The notes under the pieces were generated by a model that saw only the letters and a program-made list of their open reading frames with translations, had not been told where the DNA came from and made no database searches. Positions 11,101 to 22,708 of a stretch of DNA of 39,247 nucleotides are shown one piece after another. Location: NCBI RefSeq assembly GCF_001194135.2, contig NC_068995.1, positions 11,497,885-11,537,131 of the forward strand, read 5' to 3'. The DNA is from Octopus bimaculoides. Its lineage: Eukaryota. The position numbers were made by a program, and so were the translations under genes. Numbering within the stretch: position 1 is the stretch's first letter; each line of letters begins with the position of its first letter.

Positions 11101-12047
11101 TGACAACAATGTAAGTAGCACATAATGTAAGTCGATGTTTATGTTTGAACTAATGATGAACAGATAGCAGAACCAAACAGAGTCTTTTGAATTAGACTAC
11201 TCCATTAGCAACATAATAATTAAGACGCATACAACCCAGTAAGAAAACGATAACGAAGACGAAAAATAAAATTAGTATTGGAGTTTGTATTTCTTTTACA
11301 AGATTCTTAACGTGAAATCTTCTGTTAAAAGTGTCATATTTTGAAAAGAAATACACGCGCTGGTTATCTTTCACTTGCGTTATATTACGAATCGTTTGGG
11401 TAATTAGCCTATTGATCAACTGTCTATTTTCTTGGTCTGCCAAAGTCGTTTTGTCACAATCTGTGAACTTGTCAATGACTCTGTGTCACTCAGTATTTGT
11501 CACAAAATAGGACTACAACAATTGTTTTTCTCAACATCAGATTTTTGAACATTTTATTTAAAAAAGAAATTGATATACAGTTTCAAGTCAGGTTATTGAA
11601 GAGATGAACTTTTCTCTCCATAGAAACCTTTGTCTCCGTTTGGAAAAAAAAAAAAAACAAACAAACCTCTAAGCACTAATTTGTAGAAATATATAGCACC
11701 TTCACTTAAATCACTGTGCCAAAGAAAGAAGGAGAATTTTTGAAAGTATAGCCCACTATAAACTATTTCAATAGACATGAAGGCGTATTGGTCACGGTTG
11801 GATCTCATTTCATTATATCAGAGTAAACAAGAAAAACAAAGAACAAAGGCAGGAAGAAAGAAAGAAAGAAAGGAAAAAGGAAGGAAAGATAGAGTGGTAG
11901 GGTGAGGCGAGACGAGACGAGACGAGACGAAACTTCAGCCAAGTGATAGCTCTAACAATAGTTGAAATTATGCTCGTTCTATTGTTGTACTTGTATACAC
12001 GCTCCTTCTGTCTCTTTCTTTATCTCCGTCTCTCTGTCCTTCCCTTC

Positions 12048-12102
<55 letters not shown>

Positions 12103-12277
12103 CCTCCCAATTCGCTTGGGATTTTAGCCAAAATAGTTCTTCAGCAACACTAGATATGTCTACATACTTACATAACAAATTTACTAGTCTATTCACAAAC
12201 ATTCATTCACAGATGCTATGTACAAGTGTGTCTATTGGAGAATTGCATATACATACATATATAAGATGCATACATAG

Positions 12278-12351
<74 letters not shown>

Positions 12352-13176
12352 ATGCATTCATATATATATATACATATATACTTATATACATGCATATATA
12401 TGCGTGTATGTATATATATGTTTATGTATGTATATATATATCTGTTTATGTATGTATATATGTCTGTTTGTAGTGAGAAACAAAGAGTGGAAAGCAGAAG
12501 AAACCTAAATGCATAATTAAGCAAACTTTTTCACCCGCACACACACATACAAACGCACCCATAAAAGACCTCTTACCACGTCGTACATATACATGAATAC
12601 ATACAATCCTGCACACATATGCCGACACTGAAAGAGAGCTTAGCGCGCGAGCGCACGGATGTGTACATGTGTGTGCGTGAGCGCGTTTTTATGTTTGGCA
12701 GACAACTAAGAAACAGTCTATCCTATTTGAATATTCAATCACTATTTCAAGCCAATTTAAAGAAATTAATACCTGGCAATTTTCTTCTACTTTGAAAGCA
12801 TTAAAACAGATAAGATAGGATTTCATATTATTTATTCTCCATTGGTATTAGTTAAGAAGTTGCTATTAGGAGAAACTTTGTAATTTAATAACCAAACAAA
12901 AACTATGGCGTTTAATTTTTTCTAATTAATGCCTTGGTAGATTTTGCTATTTATTTATAAAAATAAAGGCAAATAAAATAGCCGATAAGAGCCGTTTTTC
13001 TTGAATTTGTCTCGGTTTTCTGTGATTTTATTTTCATCTTTGGGTTTTGTTCAGGTTTCTTTACGAAATCTCATAGACCCATAAACCGCATGCTGCAGTT
13101 TCAAGCCTGCAGTAGAAAAATACCAACCTATGCTTTTTCTATTCCGGCAACCGCAGTTATTATTAATGTACCTCAC

Positions 13177-13224
13177 CTCATCTCGAAGCTCTTCACCATC
13201 GAAGTTGACAGTAACTCGAATGGG
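13177..13224 (-). CDS. Candidate 48-bp coding exon, phase 0-0
   Basis: Acceptor ATATTTTATCTTAG, donor GAG|GTGAGG, frame PIRVTVNFDGEELRDE; purine-rich exon-like composition. Confidence 0.3.
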
Positions 13225-13715
13225 CTAAGATAAAATATACAATNNNNNNNNNNNNNNNNNNNNNNNNNNNNNNNNNNNNNNNNNNNNNNNNNNNNNNNNN
13301 NNNNNNNNNNNNNNNNNNNNNNNNNNNNNNNNNNNNNNNNNNNNNNNNNNNNNNNNNNNNNNNNNNNNNNNNNNNNNNNNNNNNNNNNNNNNNNNNNNNN
13401 NNNNNNNNNNNNNNNNNNNNNNNNNNNNNNNNNNNNNNNNNNNNNNNNNNNNNNNNNNNNNNNNNNNNNNNNNNNNNNNNNNNNNNNNNNNNNNNNNNNN
13501 NNNNNNNNNNNNNNNNNNNNNNNNNNNNNNNNNNNNNNNNNNNNNNNNNNNNNNNNNNNNNNNNNNNNNNNNNNNNNNNNNNNNNNNNNNNNNNNNNNNN
13601 NNNNNNNNNNNNNNNNNNNNNNNNNNNNNNNNNNNNNNNNNNNNNNNNNNNNNNNNNNNNNNNNNNNNNNNNNNNNNNNNNNNNNNNNNNNNNNNNNNNN
13701 NNNNNNNNNNNNNNN

Positions 13716-13761
<46 letters not shown>

Positions 13762-14139
13762 TTGTATGTATATAATAAGCCCGCTCTATTGCCAAATATA
13801 AGGTTTTTTCTAATTTTTTGAAAAAAAAATGCAGAACAATACATAAGTACACAAATCTCACAGACAACCCACACACATCAACACATACATAAGCATATAC
13901 ATCCATATTTGTGTGAAAGTATGTGTATATGTATATACAAGTGTGTGTGTATGTATATATATATATACATGTGTGTGTGTCTGTATTTATATAAATATAT
14001 GTGTGTGTGTGTACGGGGTGAATTCCAGATGATTTGAGACGTTTTAGGAGAGGCGGTTATAACTGTCCTAAATTATTGTAATGTTAGTATATCCTTCGTT
14101 TACATCTAATAAGCTGACCTACCTACGTTTGTATTGCAG

Positions 14140-14285
14140 ATTGAAGGTAATGACTTCAACAGCACTGAACAAACCTTACTAAACACTGTCAAAGTGAATT
14201 AATTTGCAGAATGCAGTCAGGCCATGGTGAGAATTTGAAAGCCTGCATCTATGTGAGTAACGGGGTAAAGAAAAAGGAAGAACAG
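14140..14285 (+). other. Candidate plus-strand exon (5' UTR plus short start-codon frame, or lncRNA exon)
   Basis: CTGAC branch-like motif and TTTGTATTGCAG acceptor, perfect CAG|GTAAGT donor, ATG at 14211 giving MQSGHGENLKACIYVSNGVKKKEEQ. Confidence 0.25.
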
Positions 14286-14516
14286 GTAAGTTTTAAACTA
14301 AACCTCATACTCAGTGAAGTTGACAATAGCAGAGACGAAACTGTATATTTTAAACACGGTGTCTTCGGAGACATGTGTATACTTGCAAACAATTCGACAA
14401 TGGGAAAGACGTATGAATTCTCGTATCAGCAAAATTTCTGATACTCTGCAAATATTTCTGCTGAAGAGGGACGGGTGGACAATAGAAAGATAGGGAGGAG
14501 AGGGGAAGAGGGTGAT

Positions 14517-14568
<52 letters not shown>

Positions 14569-14757
14569 ACATAGAATGACCGGCAGATAGAGAAAGGGAA
14601 AGAGATAGAGAGACTCGAGGAGAATAATTGTGTGCTTGTGTGTGTGATTGGTGTGTGTAAAAATGCACGCGCGCGCACACACACACATATATACACCTAC
14701 ACACATATTTATGTACGTGTGTATGTGTCTGTGCATGTGTATCTATATGTACGTATA

Positions 14758-15744
14758 NNNNNNNNNNNNNNNNNNNNNNNNNNNNNNNNNNNNNNNNNNN
14801 NNNNNNNNNNNNNNNNNNNNNNNNNNNNNNNNNNNNNNNNNNNNNNNNNNNNNNNNNNNNNNNNNNNNNNNNNNNNNNNNNNNNNNNNNNNNNNNNNNNN
14901 NNNNNNNNNNNNNNNNNNNNNNNNNNNNNNNNNNNNNNNNNNNNNNNNNNNNNNNNNNNNNNNNNNNNNNNNNNNNNNNNNNNNNNNNNNNNNNNNNNNN
15001 NNNNNNNNNNNNNNNNNNNNNNNNNNNNNNNNNNNNNNNNNNNNNNNNNNNNNNNNNNNNNNNNNNNNNNNNNNNNNNNNNNNNNNNNNNNNNNNNNNNN
15101 NNNNNNNNNNNNNNNNNNNNNNNNNNNNNNNNNNNNNNNNNNNNNNNNNNNNNNNNNNNNNNNNNNNNNNNNNNNNNNNNNNNNNNNNNNNNNNNNNNNN
15201 NNNNNNNNNNNNNNNNNNNNNNNNNNNNNNNNNNNNNNNNNNNNNNNNNNNNNNNNNNNNNNNNNNNNNNNNNNNNNNNNNNNNNNNNNNNNNNNNNNNN
15301 NNNNNNNNNNNNNNNNNNNNNNNNNNNNNNNNNNNNNNNNNNNNNNNNNNNNNNNNNNNNNNNNNNNNNNNNNNNNNNNNNNNNNNNNNNNNNNNNNNNN
15401 NNNNNNNNNNNNNNNNNNNNNNNNNNNNNNNNNNNNNNNNNNNNNNNNNNNNNNNNNNNNNNNNNNNNNNNNNNNNNNNNNNNNNNNNNNNNNNNNNNNN
15501 NNNNNNNNNNNNNNNNNNNNNNNNNNNNNNNNNNNNNNNNNNNNNNNNNNNNNNNNNNNNNNNNNNNNNNNNNNNNNNNNNNNNNNNNNNNNNNNNNNNN
15601 NNNNNNNNNNNNNNNNNNNNNNNNNNNNNNNNNNNNNNNNNNNNNNNNNNNNNNNNNNNNNNNNNNNNNNNNNNNNNNNNNNNNNNNNNNNNNNNNNNNN
15701 NNNNNNNNNNNNNNNNNNNNNNNNNNNNNNNNNNNNNNNNNNNN
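14758..15744. other. Largest assembly gap (987 N); other gaps at 2755-2962, 13244-13715, 19540-19832, 22842-23169, 27922-28026, 35458-35719, 38578-38600
   Basis: N runs, almost all bordered by microsatellites. Confidence 0.99.
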
Positions 15745-15777
<33 letters not shown>

Positions 15778-17504
15778 ATATATTATATATATATATATAT
15801 ACATATACATACACACAGACGTACACACACTTGCACATATATATGCATCAACACATATACATATATATATGCATAAATTTATATCGGTATATATATATAT
15901 AAATGAATATATGAATATATATACATATTTGTATGTAAATTCATTTACATATACATATATTTGTCTCTGTGTAGGGATACATGGATAAACACAAGCATAA
16001 TCACATACATACATACATACATACGTACGTACGTACGTACGTACATAAATACATATATGCATACATACGTACATACATGCATACATTCATCATAGTTTTA
16101 TTTAAAACATACTGAAAACATTTTTCTGTAAACTATTTTAGCGGTGTTGATAAAATTTAGCGAATCCAGCGAATCCAGCGATTATATAATGAAATACAGT
16201 GACCACCAGAAGCACATTTCGCAATCTATACATGTCACGTTAAAATCGGAGACTTTATATATGGAGACCTATTCTGGAGAAATATATGCTCTCAGCAAAT
16301 GAAATGCTCCATTCAAATGGCTCCGAGTGTTTCGAAGTTTTGTTATACTGCTTAATAAATTTAAGTTTACTACACGTATTCTACGGTCATTTTTGAGCTC
16401 AAAATCTAGACATGGCACGAGCAGTGCAAGTCATGTATTACAACACTCTAATGACTCCACCATTTCAACGCTCCTAGTGTATTATCTTTTTGGGGGTACC
16501 CTGGAAGTATAGAAGAAGAGAAGACGGAGCACTTTGGAAATCTGTCCTGTTGTTCAGTTGTTATACTTAATCCATCTTTCTGTTTAACACCTTCACCTGA
16601 CCATTAACTATGATATATTCTAAGATATGGTGTGATTTAAGACTTCCACGTAGGCCCGATGCAATTTCATTAATCTCACATAGCCATTCATGGAAAGATA
16701 TCGTTAGATTAAACCATATTACAATTAGAAAAAAACAAAATCGAGCTTTTCGTTTTCCTTGTACTGTGAAAACATTCATATTTGACAATTGCATTTTGAT
16801 CGTTCTGTAAAGTCAGATTATATATTCGTTGAGCTTTCTTGCATGATTTTCCTATAATGGCCATTATTCTACAAAATACAGCTAACATTAGAGCTGAAAT
16901 TTGTTTTTCATGCTCTGTTGCGTTCCATACACTACGCCTCGTTATTATTACTCCCAAACGTGTTTAGAAGACTTTCAGATGCTTCGACTTTCTTCTTTTC
17001 CTTCTCTCTCTTCATCCAGTTGAATATTATCATTAAATATATTACCAACGAAAAGGATAATGCAAAAGATTGGTTTACTTCATCGCAGCCGTAGCCAGAG
17101 ATCCCGATACCTTTAGTAGTAATTTTATTTTTATTTTTCAGAAAGCGAATGCAAGTCGTCTTGATGCAGATTTTTCTGTCAATACTCCGTTGCATGCATA
17201 TGCAACAAATGCACTTATTTATTCATGCATGAAATTTTGACTGTCATGAGCTGTGAGAACACTAGAATTTTTGCTTAATCACCAAGCAGAATTGCTGCTG
17301 TTTTATGGATCCCGGTCGATACTGATCGGGTAGGCGTCGGATCTAAGACATTCCATCCGTGACGTGCTCACACATTTTTTCTCTCTAAACGTGTGTCCAG
17401 TTGTATATATAGAATATGAAATGTTTTGGTTCAGCTTTTCTGGCGCCTTCTATTTGGCGTTGCTACTTCGACGCTGGCTTGTTTGATATCAAAGGTTTAA
17501 ATAT

Positions 17505-17717
17505 TTGTCTCTCTCTTTCTCACTCTCTCCTCTCTTTCTCTCTCTCTTCTCTTTCTCTCTCTTTCCTCTCTTTCTCTCTCTCTCCTCTCTTTCTCTCTCT
17601 CCCCTCTCTCTCCTCTCTTTCTCTCTCTCTTTCCCTCTCTCTTCTCTCTCTCTTTCCCTCTCTCTTCTCTCTCTCTGTTTCACTCTCTCTCTCTCTCTCT
17701 GTTTCACTATCTCTCTC

Positions 17718-17750
<33 letters not shown>
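17505..17750. repeat. Imperfect (CT)n polypyrimidine tract
   Basis: About 245 bp almost entirely C/T on the plus strand. Confidence 0.95.
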
Positions 17751-17752
<2 letters not shown>

Positions 17753-17819
17753 GTTTATGATTGTAAGCATATTTCTTATGTGTATTAGGAGAGGAAAAGT
17801 GTTTATGTCAAGTTTATGT

Positions 17820-17850
<31 letters not shown>

Positions 17851-17944
17851 ATTTTCATTATCTGTATGTGTACATTTCTGTGTTTACATGCGTATGTGTT
17901 TATATGTGTATATGTGTATGTATTTGTGTGTGTATGTGTGAGAG

Positions 17945-18067
<123 letters not shown>

Positions 18068-20419
18068 AGCTTGTCTCCAACGCCAAATCGTTCCCTCGCA
18101 AAAGGAGGTTGAATATCCAGTAAGCCGTAACAACTATTCAGCGCCCAAGCAGATTCAGCCAGTTGTCTCATCCCAATATATTTTTCCACGCAGCCTTCGT
18201 TTCCTACGACGAGAAGGTGTAGTTTGACGGATATGTTGATGCTATTTCTAGTTGGTTAAACGACCAAATAAGTTGGTTCCTCGGTTGAGTACCAAGTAGT
18301 GTCTATTTAAATTGTATCTAAAGAATTTCGTTTATGATTTGAATGGAGACGCTTTAACAAGGTCTTCAAGTACACAATTCTCAATGTAAAGCACATCATC
18401 TACATTCTGTATTACCGAGTAGAACGCCTCTACACAGTCGGTCGCTCTGTTAGAACGCGCAAGCAAATCAATCTCAAGTCATACTAGGTTGTCGAAAAAG
18501 GAATGACGTTTCATAATATTGTCCTGGATACATCGTTTATAGTTGAAAGCGAAACCAGATTTGTCACGGTTGGAACGAATTTGATTATAGATCTGCAATA
18601 ACAATCCGGGAGACTTTCTTGTGATACCTCTCACAATGCTAACGGTGGTAGCATAGGAAACAGCGTTTAACCAATGAAATCATAAAATAAACCAACACGA
18701 TATAAACTATGCATATTTGAAAATTGCAAGCCATACATTTTTAGTTCATAGAGACGAATTTACAGATACATCTAATAGAAGAAACACGGTTGGAATATAC
18801 AGAAGCTAAGAAAGGATCAACGGACTGCATCTCTTGAGCATCTATTTAAGAGATGTAAATCTTTCTTTAATCCCAATAAAACCGTTGCAATTAGATTATT
18901 CGCTGGACAGCTAGTTATCAACTCTGCCATCACTGAGACCCAGTAACACTAAGATCCAGAGCTAGTACATTTATTACATTTATCAATAAAACCACATCAC
19001 ACTTCTTGTAGCAATAAGACCGATACTGCGACAGCTACCTCAAATATTATTTCTTCATCGACAACCGCCATTGCATTCTCGTCAGCGATTATTCCTTGAT
19101 TTAAAACCATTATCACCATTAGAAGGTCTATCAACATCATTGCTGCTATTAATATCATTATCCGTATTTTACCGTTTCCACCGCCGCCTGCATCATCATC
19201 ATCAACACAAGGCCTAGAAGTTACATGTAACAAAGGATCGATACAATTGCTTCGACACTATGTATGTATGTATAGACATACATGGATGTATAAACATATA
19301 TTTAAATATACATATGTATGTATGCATGCATGTATTATGTTTGTATGTATGTATATATGTATGGATCTATGTGTGAATGTATAGAATACATGAAAGTATA
19401 AATATATATTTAAATATACATATCTATCTATCTATCTGTTTATCTCTCTGTCTCTATCTCTCTATCTGTCTGTCTGTCTGTATGTATGTCTGTCTGTCTG
19501 TTTCTCTGTGTATCTATCTATCTATCTATCTATCTATCTNNNNNNNNNNNNNNNNNNNNNNNNNNNNNNNNNNNNNNNNNNNNNNNNNNNNNNNNNNNNN
19601 NNNNNNNNNNNNNNNNNNNNNNNNNNNNNNNNNNNNNNNNNNNNNNNNNNNNNNNNNNNNNNNNNNNNNNNNNNNNNNNNNNNNNNNNNNNNNNNNNNNN
19701 NNNNNNNNNNNNNNNNNNNNNNNNNNNNNNNNNNNNNNNNNNNNNNNNNNNNNNNNNNNNNNNNNNNNNNNNNNNNNNNNNNNNNNNNNNNNNNNNNNNN
19801 NNNNNNNNNNNNNNNNNNNNNNNNNNNNNNNNATATATATATATATATAACTCTTTTACTTGTTGGTTCCAGCTTTTGGTGTATTCACCCTTTCTGCAAA
19901 GTAGCAGAGTAAGTAGAACCTTGAAGGGTTCTATCAATGGTTAACACTCCAAATCTTTCGGGACCCTTGCAGCATAGCTTTATGAAAAGAACCTAATTTA
20001 CCAATAAATCGACTTAACACTGTTTGATATGCTTGCAACAATGAACTGCTTCTTAATAGCAAACTTGACATAATAATTCATATTACAAGCGGTGTCAGGG
20101 TGTCGATCGTAAACCACCTTAGGTCCCATGCATTCGCAACTGGTTGCTTTCTCTCGAAACTTTCCTTAGTATCTAGCAGTCCTTTGTCATCGATTTTCCC
20201 AGATCCTTTTCTGTTTTAAATGAATCCTTTTAATTCCAGCATATCAAAAGAAAAAAACCAAAAACCCATTGAATTCTTTGCTTTGCTCTCTGTTTTCCTT
20301 CTCTGAATCGGTCGTAACTTGTGATTCTCTCTGCCATGTTATCCTTTGTCGTGTTTCCTATTACACTATTCTCTCTCCCTACCTCCCTCTCCTTCCATCC
20401 CTTCATCCCTCTTTGTAGT

Positions 20420-20710
20420 GTCTAGGCAGACATGTATCGCTCTGAGTTCAAATGCGGCAGAGGTCAGCTTTGCCTTTCTTTTCCCTGAGTGTCGATAAAA
20501 TAAGTAAATCACTGGGATCAATATATTCGACAAACCCTAGCATCCCAAAATTATAATGAACCACTAATTCCGTGAATGATGAATAGCTGAACCAGTAGAA
20601 CTCCAGTGATGATGCTTAATGATGTTCAGTTATGCCTTTTAAAATTTTAAACTCAAATTCTGTCAAATTCGACTTTGCCTCTCCGGTTCTTAGTCAAACA
20701 CTGGATCAAA
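20420..20710 (+). mobile_element. Two degenerate SINE fragments
   Basis: CTCTGAGTTCAAATGCGGCAGAGGTCAGCTTTGCCTTT...GTCGATAAAATAAGTA and TCAAATTCTGTCAAATTCGACTTTGCCT. Confidence 0.6.
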
Positions 20711-22438
20711 CTGTTCGATAATCAAATTTTTAAGAATTTGTATGTCTACGCCATATTAGAGATAAACATTGAAAGTTCGTTCTACCAATGAGTTTTATTC
20801 TAACTAATGCTGCTTATGCAGACTTTTGCAGATTCTTGGCAAACTTGGTAAAGTATAACATTTCATGTGTAGCAATACCTATTTCCACCATTTTACTTTA
20901 TCCGTTCAAAATGAAGTCATTCGTATTAGTTGTTGTTGTTGCTTTCGTTTAAAAGAAAGCACTCGAAGACATTTCGAGGAATTTTCACACGCCATGGAAA
21001 ATAGTGGTGGGTAGAGGACCAGGGTCATGAAAATCGGAACAAGGTGTGGTGGCCCGGAACAAAGCTTCGTGAATTATGATGCCTTTTCTGTTTCTTTAAG
21101 ACGGGTGTGTCTTATTTAGTTTCCTTCCTTCCTTCCTTCCTTTCTTTATGTATTTATTAATTAAATTCATTCATGTTTTTTTTCTTTCTGTCTTCTTTCA
21201 TTACTCAAATCTGTTTCCAAACACAGTTTTTGTTGGCAGCATCATTCAACTGCCGTTATCCGAGTATCGTGTAACAGTTCATAATACACGATCTCCTTAG
21301 TATACCTGGTCCGTCTTGGCTGCAAGTTTCCTTTCTGCTGCAAGTAAGGTCTATAATCTCACCATAACTAATCTATAGAGGATAGAATTTATGTTTTATC
21401 ATGACGGATTAATTTTTCATCCCAAGTAAAAATGCAGTCCAAAAATAGCACTTGTAGCTGACATAAATGAAATGCCTCACAGGCATCAACAGGTTAGCGA
21501 TTTTCTCAGTTTTAGATGATATGGAGAAAATTCTACAACCTGTGACACGTTTCCGAGCCTTTTGAATTCACAATAGACTGTCATACGTGTTATGCAGAAT
21601 AGCCATCACAGAGTCCTAAATCTAAAGATTTACTGTAACAGCTGCCGCGTGTGTTTCTAAATCTAGGCCATTCCGTGGATGTTGATTTGGCACATCGATT
21701 ACACTGAAGTTAGCATTTCTGAAGCGCCAAAAGCCACACCCTACATTTACTACAGCTACACTAAAAGAACTGTGGTTGAATATTACTGTTGCACTTGCAT
21801 TGAACCCGACATGAAACTCATACAGCATGACATGACGAATGCATTCTTTAGTCGGATCAAAGATAGGGGTCACTTTTCAAAGCGGGTTTTGTCCAATAAT
21901 ATTCTTATATGCTGAAAATAAAAGAGGTGATTTATTGATGTGAAGAGGACAAAACATCAAAAACAGAGAGTACTTAATTAAATCTTGTTCAGCATTTTCG
22001 ACTCGAAAATCGAAATCAAGAACTTCGATACTACCCCATATATATATAACCATATACATACATATATATATATATATATGTATTTACCTATATATATATA
22101 TATATATATACATACACACACACGCACACACATATATGCATGTATATTGCGTTATATTCATTTTCATACATTTATGTATAAGTATGTATATGTATATATA
22201 TGTGTGCGTACGTGTGTATATAATGGGGAACAGATTGGATAGTAAATTTGCCGAGCATATTTAGTGGGAGAAGATGCATTTTCTCTGTTTTAGTAAGATG
22301 GCACCATTGCTGGATGAATAATAATATGGAAATAAATCGAAGTTAACTTGAGCGCGCGTGTGATGTGTGTGTGTGTGTGTGTGTTTGTGTGTGTGGGCAT
22401 GTTTATATTCATGTGTATATGTAAGTAGGTATATGTAC

Positions 22439-22668
22439 CTATACAAACATATATATATGTGTATTGATGTATATATGTATATACATATGTACATATGTAT
22501 ATATATATATATATACATATACATACATACATACATACAAACATACATGTATATATATGTATATATCTATACAAACATATATATCTGTGTATTGATGTAT
22601 ATATGTATATACATATGTACATATGTATATATATATATATATACATATACATGCATACATACATACAA

Positions 22669-22694
<26 letters not shown>
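22439..22694 (+). repeat. 128-bp tandem duplication within a compound microsatellite
   Basis: CTATACAAACATATATAT(A/C)TGTGTATTGATG... starts at 22439 and again at 22567 with nearly identical continuation. Confidence 0.85.

Positions 22695-22708
<14 letters not shown>

Noticed and set aside
16159-16181. AGCGAATCC tandem duplication
   Set aside because: Trivial 9-bp slippage event with no further structure.
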